DNA of 63,222 nt from Octopus bimaculoides (GCF_001194135.2 NC_069009.1:1469431-1532652), one strand, 5' to 3'; shown: positions 12,775-25,878, counted from the first letter of the stretch. The notes: generated by a model not told the origin, from the sequence alone. A program made the numbers and translations.

Positions 12775-13162
12775 GGAGGTGCAATGGCCCAGTGGTTAGG
12801 GCAGCGGACTCGCGGTCATAGGATCGCGGTTTCGATTCCCAGATCGGGTGTTGTGAGTGTTTATTGAGCGAAAACACCTAAAAGCTCCACGAGGCACCGG
12901 CAGGGGATGGTGGCGAACCCTGCTGTACTCTTCCACCACAACTTTCTCTCACTCTTTCTTCCTGTTTCTGTTGTGCCTGTAATTCAAAGGGTCAGCCTTG
13001 TCACACTGTGTCATGCTGAATATCCCCCGAGAACTACATTAAGGGTACATGTGTGTGTGGAGTGCTCAGCCACTTGCACATTAATTTCACGAGCAGGCTG
13101 TTCCGTTGATTGGATCAACTGGGACCCTCGACGTCGTAAGCGACGGAGTGCCAACAACAACA
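12775..13162 (+). mobile_element. tRNA-derived SINE family A, full length
   Basis: A box TGGCCCAGTGG, B box GTTTCGATTCC, (AAC)n tail, 11-bp TSD ACAGCATATTT. Confidence 0.92.
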
Positions 13163-13357
13163 ACAGCATATTTTTTTTTCCATTAAAATACCATGAGAAC
13201 CAACAGCTTTGAAATATCCAGAACAAGCAATATACCAATACGAATGAACCTACAGAACCTGCACACCAACAGCATGATGAACACACAACCTAATGTAACT
13301 AGAATGACAGGGCAAGCACTATACAACCCTAGGTCACTAACAACAGTCACAAATAGG

Positions 13358-13760
13358 TGTTCCTGCAGGAATAAATCTAATTACCCAATGGATAACTTCT
13401 ATGAGATTCATAATGTTGTTTATAAATGCACTGTGCACACAAGGGAAGGCACTTATGTGTACATTGGTACCACAGCTGACTATATCAAGACTCGATACAA
13501 AAATCATGTATCTTGCTTTAAAAAAAGTGAACAAGAATTTCCGTGACAACTGAAAACTGACAACATTAACTATGAGCTATCATGGTCAATTATAAAATAC
13601 ATGAAGAGCTATAACGCACGTTCTAGGAGGTGTGGACTGTGTTCTAAGGAATCCCTATTAATTTTACTTACTAGGGGCAAAAGTGAATAATAAATTAACA
13701 GAACAAATTACCCATTGTTTACATGCTATGAAAGCAACCTTCAAATACTACCACACTGTA
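13358..13760 (+). mobile_element. Penelope-like retroelement remnant (Cys linker plus GIY-YIG endonuclease)
   Basis: CSCRNKSNYPMD..NVVYKCTV...YVYIGTT..IKTRYKNHVSCFK, then after a stop INYELSWSII..YNARSRRCGLCSKESLLIL. Confidence 0.8.
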
Positions 13761-14178
13761 AACACAACACTGAACTGCCATAATCCACATTGAACAGTGA
13801 ACCCCGTGCTATCAATTGCTATATCTGTCTCTATACCCCTGGACAAATATATGTGTCTTTACTTATGTAACATCTATTGTCCTGTGTCTACATTATGTGT
13901 GCGAATAATCTTACATGTATATACAATCTATGTGTACATATATACATATATATGCAGAGTGTACCTATTTGTATCTGCCTGTGTGTACATATGTGTACTG
14001 AGTGTAAGTACGTATGTATATACGTGAATACCTATGTGTGTATGGGATTGGCTGACATACGCATGTAATGTATGCTGGCATGAGCCCATGAATAAACTTA
14101 TTATGTACATCTGTCTGTCTTTGCATTGATTTAAACATATGAATGTGCACATCTGTTTGACTGTACATCTGTCTAACT

Positions 14179-14452
14179 CAGGGGGTTTTCAAACTGTGGT
14201 CCGCGGTCCACAGGGGGTCCGTGGACAGCAAATACCTTTTATGGGCAATTTGATTTTATATGTTTTTTAATCGAAATCTTTTAATTGACAATTAACCTAT
14301 TTGTTAAATACTGTTAAATAAATAAATGCAAAAATATATGTTATTTTAAGCAAATATTTATGTATAAATTTCATAAGCGTTTATAAGGGGGTCCCTAAGG
14401 TAAAGCCTGAAATATAAAGGGGTCTGCAAGTCAAAAAGTTTGAAAACCCCTG
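14179..14452. mobile_element. Same hAT MITE family, copy 2, opposite orientation
   Basis: Same TIR; 8-bp TSD GTCTAACT (14171-14178 / 14453-14460); internal sequence is the reverse complement of copy 1. Confidence 0.9.
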
Positions 14453-14619
14453 GTCTAACTGATAAAGTCTCTCAATTCAGTGAAACTGAAATGTAAATCT
14501 CCTGGCTTAAAACCATATTATCCCACCCAAGGGGTCTTTAATGCCCTGGGCATTGCATCTGGTGTTATTGCATCATTCTGGGCCCACAAGAGAACAGTAC
14601 ACTTTGAAGATGAAACAAT

Positions 14620-14834
14620 TACTCTTTTACTTGTTTCAGTCATTTGACTGTGGCCATGCTGGAGCACCGCCTTTAGTCGAGCAAATCGACCCCAGGACTT
14701 ATTCTTTGTAAGCCTAGTACTTATTCTATCAGTCTCTTTTGCCGAGTCGCTAAGTTACGGGGACATAAACAGACCAGCATCGGTTGTCAAGCGATGTTGG
14801 GGGAACAAACACAGACACAGAAACATATACACAA

Positions 14835-14911
<77 letters not shown>

Positions 14912-15077
14912 GATACGATGGGATTCTTTCAGTTTCCGTCTACCAAATCTACTCACAAGGCTTTGGTCAGCCTGAGGCTATAATAGAAGACACTTTGCCC
15001 AAGGTGCCACGCAGTGGGACTGTACCTGGAACCATGTGGTTGGTAAGCAAGCTACTTACCACAGCCAATCCTGCGCC
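14620..15077 (-). mobile_element. tRNA-derived SINE family B (central TA/TG microsatellite, GTAAAAGA tail)
   Basis: Matches the other family B copies over ~400 bp. Confidence 0.88.
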
Positions 15078-15173
15078 GTTTGTTTATCTTTCACTCACTG
15101 CATCTTAATATTTAATACTTTGTGTTTTGTATATCAAATAACATCAACAAATTAAATAGCTTCAAAATAAACA

Positions 15174-15179
15174 TTTATT
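15174..15179 (-). terminator. Candidate poly(A) signal of ZNF D
   Basis: AATAAA homologous to 1200 and 31812. Confidence 0.45.
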
Positions 15180-15855
15180 GTAGATCAGTTTGGAGAAGTG
15201 TGTAGCTTTTCTCGTACATTGATAGAGAGTGTGAACTCTATAGTTTATGTTCGTATCACCAGCACAAGATTTGGTTGGATGATCTCTATAGAAAATGATA
15301 GAAGAATGCTTAAAAAGTGAAGAAATTTTATTTCTCTTTCAATTTATTAAATTCATTCACAAAAATTCATAAGATCAGATGACAGGAAATTATAAAAAAA
15401 TAAATAAATAAGCATGCTGAATCATTTGTTGCAGGGGTTACACAAGGGATGAGTTTGGACTATAAGCAGGGCAGGGGTAAGTCTTTTGAAAAGTATATTG
15501 TTGTCTCCATGCAATACTGTGACAGTGACAAACAGCAATAAGCCTCCAGCTTGTTCTGGGAGGGGTGAGGCAGTAACAACAAAGGGTGCAGATGCTTGGA
15601 TCCCTAAACATGTCCAGCAGGAAACACCCAACCGTGAATAGGAACTGGAATGTCATACATTAGTGTCATAATGACATGTCCACAAGGAGACATAACGAAC
15701 TGATTTAATCAACGCTATTTGAATGAAAGACACATCATAATTAGTGAGTTGATGCAAATGAGGAAAATGGAAAAAATTAATTTGTTCAATAAAATTGATG
15801 CAATTACTGTACTTTATTCACCAGGACATCTATTTTATCACTGATATTGTTATAG

Positions 15856-16239
15856 AGGAGGCGCAATGGCCCAGTGGTTAGTGCAGCGGACTCACGGTCA
15901 TAGGATCGCGGTTTCAATTCCCAGGGCGTTGTGAGTGTTTATTGAGTGAAAACACCTAAAAGCTCCACGAGGCTCCAGCAGGGGATGATAGCGAACCCTG
16001 CTGTACTTTTCCACCACAACTTTCTCTCACTCTTACTTCCTGTTTCTGTTGTACCTGTAATTCAAAGGGGTCAGCCTTGTCACACTGTGTCACGCTGAAT
16101 ATCCCCGAGAACTACGTTAAAGGTACACGTGTCTGTGGAGTGCTCAGCCACTTGCACGTTAATTTCACGAGCAGGCTGTTCCGTTGATCAGATCAACTGG
16201 AACCCTCGACGTCATAAGTGACGGAGTGCCAACAACAAC
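15856..16239 (+). mobile_element. SINE family A inserted in the 3' region of ZNF D
   Basis: TSD ATTGTTA(T/C)AG; the paralogous site in G and H is empty. Confidence 0.9.
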
Positions 16240-16737
16240 ATTGTTACAGATAAATATGAATAAATATGTTTAGTTAAGGAACATTATTGAGAGAATGATT
16301 TAGGACAGATAACACAGTCATATGAATCTTATCCTGTATATGTTTGTGTTGAGTTAAGTGATTTCTCTGAGGGAATGACTTATCAAAGATGTCACAGTGC
16401 TATGGTTTCTCTCCTGTATGACTGCATTTGTGATCATCCAAATCAATATTGTCGGATTTGAGTATTGAACATATTAGCCGATACTCAAAAGGGTGAGTGT
16501 CGTGGATTTGAGTGGCATCCAACAATCACTGGAGAGTTTGCCGAAAATCAGGGTTTATATAACTGTTCATACACGGATCCTTGTGAAAGACTTCTTCAAC
16601 AAAGTTTAGAATTCGTATACGGGCAGTAATTTTCAACCAATGAGAAATCCATAATTTCTCATGTTCGGGCAAACGAACTTAATTTCTCTCTCCGCCTCTT
16701 ATGAGTTTGCTACAGACTTATCAAAGACGTCACAGTG

Positions 16738-18408
16738 CTATGGTTTCTCTTCTGTATGAGTGCTTTTATGATCAGCCAAATCATTTTTGCCAGGAAATGA
16801 TTTACCACAAATATCACATTGATGTGACTTCTCCCCTACATGAATGCGTTTGTGTCTACTTAAGTTACCGGCCTGAGAGAATGACTTGTCACAAACATCA
16901 CAGCAGTATGGTTTCTCTCCTGTGTGAGTGCGTTTATGATCAATCACATGAGTTTTTCCAGGGAATGATTTACCACAGATATCACACTGATATGACTTCA
17001 CTCCCATATGAGAGCGTTTATGCCTACTTAAGTTACCTGACTGAGAGAACGACTTGCCACAGATATCACAACAATATGGTTTCTCTCTTGTGTGAATACG
17101 CCTCTGTTCAGCTAACTTATTCCTTCGAGAGAGTATCTTACTAAAGATCTCCATGTGATATGGTTTCTCTCCTCTATGAGTGTATTTGTGATAAGTAAGG
17201 GTACTTTTGTGAGCGAATGATTTACTACAGATGTCACAACGAAATGGTTTCTCTCCTGTATGAATGCGTTTGTGAATAGTAACTTTACTTTTTTGAGAAA
17301 ATAACATACCACAGATATCGCAGTGATGTGGTTTCTGTCCAGTGTGGATGAATTTGTGAGCAGTAAATGCGGTTTTAAAAGAGAATGATTTGCCACAGAC
17401 GTCACAATGATATGGTTTCTCTCCTGTGTGAATGTATATGTGATCAGCAAAATTATTTTTTACAGAAAATGATTTATCACAGATATCACAGTGATATTGC
17501 TTCTCTCCCGTATGAATGGATTTGTGTTTCTTTAAGTTACCTTTCCGAGAGAATGATTTTCCACAGGTATCACAGGGATATGGTTTTTCACCTGTGTGAA
17601 CACGTCCATGATCAACTAGCATATGTTTTACATTGAAAGATTTTCCACAGATATCACAGCAATGAGGCTTCTCTCCTGTATGAATACGTATGTGAGTACT
17701 TAAACTACTTGCTGAAGAGAATGATTTACCACAGATATCGCAGCAATGTGGCTTCTCTCCTGTATGAATACGTTTGTGAGAAGTAACATTACCTTTTTGA
17801 GAGAAAGACTTACCACAGACATCGCAGTTATATCGTTTCTCTCCTGTGTGAATGTATTTGTGAGAAGTAAGGATACTCTTTTGAGAGAATGATTTACCAC
17901 AGATATCACATTGATATGGTTTTTCTCCAGTATGAATGCGTCTGTGAGCAGCTAAATTCCTTCTTAGAGAGAATGATTTATGACAGATATCACAGGTATA
18001 TGGTTTCTCTCCTGTATGAATATATTTATGAATAGTAAGTCCACTGTTTTGAGAGAATGATTTGCCACAGACATCACAGTTATATGGTTTCAGTCCTGTG
18101 TGCATGTTTTTGTGTTTATTAAAACTGCTTGTGTAAGAGAATGATTTACCACAAATATCGCACTTATATGGTCTCTCACCTGTATGAATGTATTTGTGAG
18201 TATCAAGGGTGCCTTTTTCAGAGAATGATTTACCACAAATATCACAGTGATGTGGCTTTTCACCTGTGTGAATACGTTTGTGAACATTGAGATTTCCCTG
18301 ACTAGACAATGACTTTTTACAAATATCACAATGGTATGATGGTTTTTCTCTTTCTTTTGCCATCTCTTCAGAAAATAAGTCATCCTTTACATTTTTCACA
18401 TAACTCAT
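16738..18408 (-). CDS. C2H2 zinc-finger gene D, 556 aa, 18 intact fingers plus 1 degenerate
   Basis: First ATG at 18408 (the ORF track starts at an upstream TTG); finger 15 reads [21 protein letters not shown] (Cys lost); TAG at 16738. Confidence 0.95.
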   Translation of the reverse strand: MSYVKNVKDDLFSEEMAKEREKPSYHCDICKKSLSSQGNLNVHKRIHTGEKPHHCDICGKSFSEKGTLDTHKYIHTGERPYKCDICGKSFSYTSSFNKHKNMHTGLKPYNCDVCGKSFSQNSGLTIHKYIHTGEKPYTCDICHKSFSLRRNLAAHRRIHTGEKPYQCDICGKSFSQKSILTSHKYIHTGEKRYNCDVCGKSFSQKGNVTSHKRIHTGEKPHCCDICGKSFSSASSLSTHIRIHTGEKPHCCDICGKSFNVKHMLVDHGRVHTGEKPYPCDTCGKSFSRKGNLKKHKSIHTGEKQYHCDICDKSFSVKNNFADHIYIHTGEKPYHCDVCGKSFSFKTAFTAHKFIHTGQKPHHCDICGMLFSQKSKVTIHKRIHTGEKPFRCDICSKSFAHKSTLTYHKYTHRGEKPYHMEIFSKILSRRNKLAEQRRIHTREKPYCCDICGKSFSQSGNLSRHKRSHMGVKSYQCDICGKSFPGKTHVIDHKRTHTGEKPYCCDVCDKSFSQAGNLSRHKRIHVGEKSHQCDICGKSFPGKNDLADHKSTHTEEKP

Positions 18409-18760
18409 TGTTCTATATTTCTTATACAACCACAAATTATATATTTCTTGTTTACTTATTTTTTATATATTTCTATAATGTTTCAAATACTTCTACTGCT
18501 ATATTTCCAGCAAAGTCTGATCTTTTCAGATTTTTCCAAGTCCAAACAAAATATGAAATGCTTTTATAAATATACCAGCGGAAAAGAAAATGGTGCTATT
18601 AATTCAGAAGAAATATTTCACAGCTATTTACCATAGATATATTCTATAAGCAGGCTTGTGTCGATTATTTATAACATCTTCCATTAGTCTTCGAAAGATG
18701 ATCAATATTCATGAATGTATCTGCAGGAAAAACTTGTTTATGCCACAGATGTCTGATATT

Positions 18761-19650
18761 CTGAAACGATAGAGAAACAACAGAAGATATTGGAAATACT
18801 TAAAAAGCAGAGATTCAGCTATAGAAATATTACTTCATTGTCATTATGATAAACTGTACATATAAACTTTTACCAGAGAAATTATTCTTTACGATATATT
18901 TTGCTTTTAAAGTTATATTACGCAACTTTGTGTTGTGTCTACTTATAGAGACATCGACTCCTCCACCTTTAGATATTATGTAACATGTCGAACTACAGAA
19001 TATTGGACAATAACGAACATTGTACTATCTTAGCAAACGTGTTAAGTCACTGCATTTGAGCCCCAGGTCATGCCTAACTGAGTGGAACTATTAATGAAAT
19101 TATGTTGTATTCACGAGTCTTCCACATACGACTTTTCCCTTCGTGGAAATATTTCAGTCATACATTTGAAGGTGTGGATCACAAATACGACTGTGAAATT
19201 TCATTTCTTTTTTCTTCCTGCAGATGATTCACTTACTGATCGTGTCTACCAAAAATCGTATCTTGTTTTATCATAGGGGTATCACTAGCCACATGTTTCT
19301 GTCGGATATCGTGTTGTATGATGAACATAAGTATCAACCTGGATCAATTTGATGACATAAAACAGCCAACAGAGATACGTAGCAAGTGTTATCTCAATGA
19401 TAAGACAATAGACGGCTTTCGATAGACACAATTAGCAAGTGGAATATCTACTGTAATAATAGAAATTAAAAATCTGCTGCGTTTTCATTACTACACCAAG
19501 TAAAATGCATAATCAATGAACTTCACCACAGAATATAATTAATATTGATCGCAGCTTAGCAACATTTAAAAGTTTCTCTTTGGTCTGGAGTTTCGAATTA
19601 ACCAGGTTCACCGACTTTTACTAAAAATAAAATATCTTATTATAACTTAC
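18761..19650 (-). other. Predicted 5' UTR intron of ZNF D
   Basis: CAG|GTAAGT donor; tttctctatcgtttcag acceptor. Confidence 0.7.
19221..19450. repeat. Old imperfect inverted repeat (82-bp arms, 66-nt spacer) in the ZNF D intron
   Basis: 59/82 ungapped matches by hand; counterpart in F at ~29616-29845. Confidence 0.7.
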
Positions 19651-20457
19651 CTGTCATGATAAATAAACCAGTGTTTAATGCGAAATATTTTTAATTACAA
19701 AAAGGAGTGATCTAACGGTATATTTAATTTGAAGACACTTCAAAAAACCGACACAGAAAATAAACGAAACGAACTACCACTCCGAAGGTTGTGTACCTCG
19801 TATTATTACGTTTCTGTCGGTTGCTAAAACTAAACAAGTTTATTTTAATTTTTTCTATTGTTATAATTACTTTTTGAAAATTTGAATTGTAATAAACATA
19901 CCTGAATAGTGACAAAAGGTATAAAACTAAAACCTCACTGCTTCTTTTCATACCAAGTGCTAATTTTACAGTGTCCTGTTACCGAACACCTAAGTTAAAG
20001 GGACGCAAATAGACCAACACAGATTGTCAGGTAGTTGGGGAGGGTACAAACAGAAAGATACGTGGGTGTGTATTTCGCCCGTCAGTTTTCGAAAACTGTT
20101 GTTGTGCATAAACTTTCTTATGGATGGCGCTGTCCTCTCATACGGGCATCATAAGATTCTAATTGCAAAACTGCGTCCGATTCCTCATGCATAATTTTTC
20201 TGTCAGTACCTTAACACTTTGTTGTACGTGCACACTGACGTTTCACAGCCAATGAACCATAATACCTTCATTCATCTACCAACTCGCCGTGTTTCACATT
20301 AAACTCTTCAACAACATTACACTATTTTTATATTCATGGTTGAAGTCACACTCATCACAACTGTGTTGTGGCACAGTATATTAGTGGTGCATTTTTATTT
20401 CTAATTAATTAAATGTAACTTAATGCTTCAAAGACCAAAATTGATAAAAGATGTACA

Positions 20458-20622
20458 GGAGTGGCTGTGTGGTAAGTAGCTTGCTTACCAGCCACATGGT
20501 TCTGGGTTCATTCCCACTGCGTGGCACCTTGGGCAAGTGTCATCTACTATAGCCTCGGGCCGACCAAAGCCTTGTGAGTGGATTTGGTAGACGGAAACTG
20601 AAAGAAGCCCGTCGTATATATG

Positions 20623-20655
<33 letters not shown>

Positions 20656-20872
20656 ATATGTTTGTATGTCTGTGTCTGTCCCCCCAACATCGCTTGACAA
20701 CCGATGCTGGTGTGTTTATGTCCCCGTAACTTAGCGGTTCGGCAAAAGAGACCGATAGAATAAGTACTAGGCATTCAAAGAATAAGTCCTGGGGTCGATT
20801 TGCTCGACTAAAGGCGGTGCTCCAGCATGGCCACAGTCAAGTGACTGAAATAAGTAAAAGAGTAAAAGAGTA
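20458..20872 (+). mobile_element. SINE family B with an empty paralogous site
   Basis: Flanks GATGTACA and AGCACAAC are directly joined at 25802/25803. Confidence 0.9.
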
Positions 20873-21255
20873 AGCACAACACAATTTCCCACCACTAACA
20901 ATCTCTGCTGAAAATGTTTTCTTCTTCGTAGATGGATTATAGACTACTGTACTAATTTTTCTGTTGCATTTTTATTTATAATAAATCCAGTGAAGCTTAG
21001 GGCCCAAAATATAAAACAAATATCAAAATAATTAATAATGTCAATGAAAACCAATAAATTATCAAATTTTTTTATTTATGCAAACAAATGTAGACATTTA
21101 TGGTAATACAGCTTCAAATTATGATTACAATACATGGTACATTTTTTAAATTTTACACAAAAGAGTTCATTAAAATCCTAAAATCCTTACGATGATATCA
21201 TTAATTCTGATTATTATGAAGCTTTATTTAGTGCTGAAGATAATGAACAGCTTGA

Positions 21256-21600
21256 TTGTGCGATCTTAGTTCTCTGCCGAAGTCATGAACCTAGATCCAG
21301 CACTTGAGTTAAAATCTGAAATTCTATCCTTCTTTCATTCCTTTCGCAAATGAATTCAGATGGCTTCACAAATAAAACACTTTCCATTTTGATAATTTTT
21401 AAGTACCCACTCTGCAACTTTTTTCTCCAATTGTGGTCACTTACTAGGCTTTCCTCTGTTAGCACATTTTCTTTTTGGTATTCTCTGCAGTTTGTTAGAT
21501 ATCTTCTTCCAGTCTCTCATAAGTTTCTCTGAAACACAAAATTCACTTGCTGCTACAGTTAATTTATCTTCTCAGCAACTTCAATAACTTTTAGTTTAAA
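21256..21600 (-). mobile_element. pogo-family transposase remnant, N-terminal DNA-binding half
   Basis: With frameshifts: FKLKVIEVAEK..ASEFCVSEKLMRDWKK..CANRGKPSK*PQLEKKVAEWVL...RQRTKIAQ (Brinker-like plus CENP-B-type HTH architecture). Confidence 0.75.
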
Positions 21601-22137
21601 TGCTGCTATAATTGTTTGAATGAAAAACACACATCATAATTAGTGAGATGATGCAAATGAGGAAAATGTAAAAACTTAATTTGTTCAACAATAAGAAAAA
21701 CAACTGCTGTACTTCATTCACCAGGACATCAATTTTATCACTGATTATTGATCAATATCAACAAATATATGTTCAGTTAAGATATGTTATTTATGAAGAG
21801 AATGATTTAGCAGAGATAACACAGTCTTATCCTGTATATGTTTGTGTTAAGTGATTTCTATAAAAGAATGACTGATTACAGACATCACAGTGCTATGGTT
21901 TCTCTCCTGTATGACTGCATTTGTGATCAGCCAAATCATTTTTGCCAGGAAATGATTTATCATACTGATATAACTTCTCTCCCATATGAGAACGTTTGTG
22001 TCTACTTCAGTTATCTGACTGAGAAAATGACTTGCTACAAACATCACAACATGGTTTCTCTCTTGCGTGAATGTGTCTCTGTTCAGCTAATTTATTACTT
22101 CAAAGGAATGACTTACCATAGATCTCTAAGTGAAGTG

Positions 22138-23388
22138 CTATGGTTTCTCTCCTCTATGAATGTATTTGTGATTAGTAAGGGTACATTTGTGAGCAAATGA
22201 CTTACCACAAATGTCACAAGGAAATGGTTTCTCTCCTGTATGAATACGTTTGTGAATAGCAACTCTACTTTTCTGAGAAAACGACATACCACAGATATTA
22301 CAATGATGTGGTTTCCGTCCAGTGTGCAGGAATTTGTGCGTAGTTAATCCAGATTTATAAGAGAATGATTTACCACAGATGTCACAATGATATGGTTTCT
22401 CTCCTGTGTGAAAGTATATGTGATCAGCAAAATTACTCTTTACAGAAAATGATTTATCACAGATATCACAGTGATATCGCTTCTCTCCTGTATGAATGGA
22501 TTTGTGTTGATTTAAGTTACGTTTCAAAGAGAATGATTTTCCACAGGTATCACAGCGGTATGGTTTTTCACCTGTGTGAATGCGTCCATGTTCAACTAAC
22601 ATGTGTTTTATACTGAAGCATCTTCCACAGATATCACAATGATAAGGCTTCTCTCCTGTATGAATACGTATGTGGGTAGTTAATTTACTTCCTGATGAGA
22701 ATGATTTACCACAGATATCACAGCAATGTGGCTTCTCTCCTGTATGAATACGTTTGTGAGTAGTAAGTATACTTTTTCGAGAGAAAGACTTACCACAGAC
22801 ATCGCAGTAATATTGTTTCTCTCCTGTGTGACTGTATTTGTGAGAAGTAACCGTACTCTTTTGAGAGAATGATTTTCCACAGATATCACACTGATATGGT
22901 TTTTCTCCAGTATGAATGCGTCTGTGATCAGCTAAATTCCTTCTTAGAGAGAATGATTTATTACAGATATCACAGGTATATGGTTTCTCTCCTGTATGAA
23001 TGTATTTGTGGGTAGTAAGGCCACTCTTTTGAGAGAATGATTTGCCACAGACGTCACAGTTATATGGTTTCACTCCTGTGTGAAAGTCTTTGTGTTTATT
23101 GAAGCTGCTTAAGTAAGGGAATGATTTACCACAAATATCGCACTTATATGGTCTCTCACCTGTATGAATGTATTTGTGAGTATCAAGGGTACCTTTTTCA
23201 GTGAATGATTTACCACAAATATCACAGTGATGTGGCTTTTCACCTGTATGAATACGTTTGTGAACATTGAGATGTCCCTGACTAGACAATGACTTTTTAC
23301 ATATATCACAATGGTATAATGGTTTTTCTCTTTCTTTTGCCATCTCTTCAGAAAATGAGTCATCCTTTACATTTTTCACGTAACTCAT
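22138..23388 (-). CDS. C2H2 zinc-finger gene E, 14 fingers
   Basis: ATG at 23388; finger-by-finger colinear with D and F; ends HRGEKP* (TAG). Confidence 0.95.
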   Translation of the reverse strand: MSYVKNVKDDSFSEEMAKEREKPLYHCDICKKSLSSQGHLNVHKRIHTGEKPHHCDICGKSFTEKGTLDTHKYIHTGERPYKCDICGKSFPYLSSFNKHKDFHTGVKPYNCDVCGKSFSQKSGLTTHKYIHTGEKPYTCDICNKSFSLRRNLADHRRIHTGEKPYQCDICGKSFSQKSTVTSHKYSHTGEKQYYCDVCGKSFSRKSILTTHKRIHTGEKPHCCDICGKSFSSGSKLTTHIRIHTGEKPYHCDICGRCFSIKHMLVEHGRIHTGEKPYRCDTCGKSFSLKRNLNQHKSIHTGEKRYHCDICDKSFSVKSNFADHIYFHTGEKPYHCDICGKSFSYKSGLTTHKFLHTGRKPHHCNICGMSFSQKSRVAIHKRIHTGEKPFPCDICGKSFAHKCTLTNHKYIHRGEKP

Positions 23389-23730
23389 TGTTCTATATTT
23401 CTTATACAACCACAAATTATATATTTCTTGTTTACTTATTTTTTATATATTTCTATAATGTTTCAAATACTACTACTGCTATATTTCCAGCAAAGTCTGA
23501 TCTTTGCAGATTTTTCCAAGTCCAAACAGAATATGAAATGCTTTTATAAATATAACAGGCAATGTGGAAGAGAAAATGGTGCTATTAATTCAGAAAATAT
23601 TTCACAGCTATTTACCATAGATATATTCTATAAGCAGGGTTATATCTATTATTTATAACATCTTCCATTAGTCTTCAAAAGATGATCAGTCTTGAGTAAA
23701 AACTTGTTTATGCCACAGATATGTGATATT

Positions 23731-24398
23731 CTGAAATGATAGAGAAACAACAGAAGATATGGAAAAAACTTAGAAAGCAGAGATTCAGCTATAGAAATAT
23801 TACTTCATTGTCTTTATGATAAACTGTACATATAAACTTTTACCAGAGAAATTTTCTTTACTATATATTTCGTTATTAAAGTTATATTATACAACTTTGT
23901 CATGTCTACCTATATACAGACATCGGCTCCTCCACCTTCAGATATTTTATAACATGTTGAACTACAGAATATTGGACGGTAACGTTGTACTATATCAGCA
24001 AATATAATCACAGGCCATCCCAGACTGAGCGGAACTATTAACGAAATTATGTTGTCTTCTTGACTGTTACAATTTTCATAACAGAAATTTAACTACACTT
24101 TAGCCTTCCACATACGACTTTTCCCCTTGTAACATTGTTGAGAACGTATATCTGTTATGGCAATACTTCAATCATACATTTGAAGGTGTGGATCACAAAT
24201 ACGACTATGAAATTTCATTTTTCTCTCTTTCTTTCTTGTAGATGTATCACTTGCAGATTTTCTTGGCATAATCAATGAACTTTGCAGGAGAATATAATTA
24301 ATATGGATCAACATTTAAAACTTTCTCTTTGGTCTTGAGTTTCGAATTAGCCAGGTTCACCGACTTTTACTAAAAATAAAACATCTATTATAACTTAC
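23731..24398 (-). other. Predicted 5' UTR intron of ZNF E
   Basis: CAG|GTAAGT donor; homologous acceptor. Confidence 0.7.
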
Positions 24399-25878
24399 CT
24401 GTGATGATAAATAAACCAGTGTTTAATGTGAAAGATCTTTAATTAAACAACGGTAAATTTAATTCGAAGACACTTCAAAAAGCTGACACAGAAAATCAAC
24501 GAAACGAACTATTATTCCGAATGTTGTCTGCTTCGTATTATTACTTTTTATCGATTGTTAAGGCGGCTTTTTTTTTTAAATCTTTGATATCTATAATTAC
24601 TTTTTGAAAATGTGAATTGTAAGAAACATATCCGAATAATGATAAAAGATACAAAACTAGAACCTCATAGCTTCTTTTCATGCCAAGTCCTAATTTTACA
24701 GTGACCTGTTACCAACACTTAAGTGACGGTGGACGCAAATAAAACGACGCAGCTTGTCAAACACTTTCTTATGGGGCGGATATTTGACGCTGCTCAATGT
24801 CATGAAACCAATCTTCACTATTTTGCCTCAAGTCTTCTAGTGTCTGCGATCTTTATTTAGTTTATGCAGCTATCCTCACATGTATTCACTATATTATTCC
24901 TCTGCACACTATATCCCATTCCTTTAATGCAGAGGTCTCAAACTCTTTGGGCCACCGCCTCGCCCCTCATAGCTACATAATGCCCTCAGAGCCCCCATTC
25001 CTATGTTTATTTATAAATAAATATTTTATATCTCTTGCTGATTTATATATACTTCGAATGGTTTGTTATTTAATATAATATTGTATAATTTGTATACAAT
25101 ACTATAATATTATAAATTTATAGCGTCCCCCCCAATCCACTGCCTTCCTTCCAACGCCCCTTTTTTCTCTACCCAACCCTCGCCGCCCCCTTAGACACCA
25201 GCGCCCACCTGGACCGTCTCAACACCCACNNNNNNNNNNTAGCGCACACTTTGAGAAACCTAGGCACAATTTTTCTGCGAGTACATAAACATTTAACGAA
25301 GGCGTGGTACTTTTTGGTTAACTCACCCCCTATTAAAAAATTGGATTATCTCCCTAACTAAAAAATATTTGCAGTGTAGGTGTTTATAATCCATTTAAAA
25401 ACACATTAAAAAAACCGTTAGATTCACTTCAACATTTAAATTTTAATTTGCCAAAATATTTTCGTCGCTTTGAGACCGCCACTTGTTCACTGACAAAATT
25501 CCGTGCTGTTGGTGTGTTTGTGGCCCAGTAACATTGTAAGGGAATGATTTACCACAAATATCGCACTTATATAGCCTCTCACCTGTATGAACGTATTTGT
25601 AAAACAATGCATACAGCTGATACCTAATCGCTATGTTTCACATCATAACTCTTCAACAACATTACACTATTTTCATATTCATGGTTGAAGTCACACTCAT
25701 CACAAGTGTATTGAGGCACAGTATATTAGTGGTGCATTTATATTTCCAATTAATTAAACGTAACTTAATGCTTTAAAGACCAAAATTGATAAAAGATGTA
25801 CAAGCACAACACAATTTTCCACCACTAACAATCTCTGCTGAATACGTTTTCTTCTTCGTAGATGGATTATAGACTACT

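Noticed and set aside
24930-25264. hAT-like insertion (CAGAGGTCTCAAACT ... TTTGAGAAACCTA) absent from the paralogous spacer
   Set aside because: TIRs are imperfect, no 8-bp TSD is found, and it contains a gap; not enough to call
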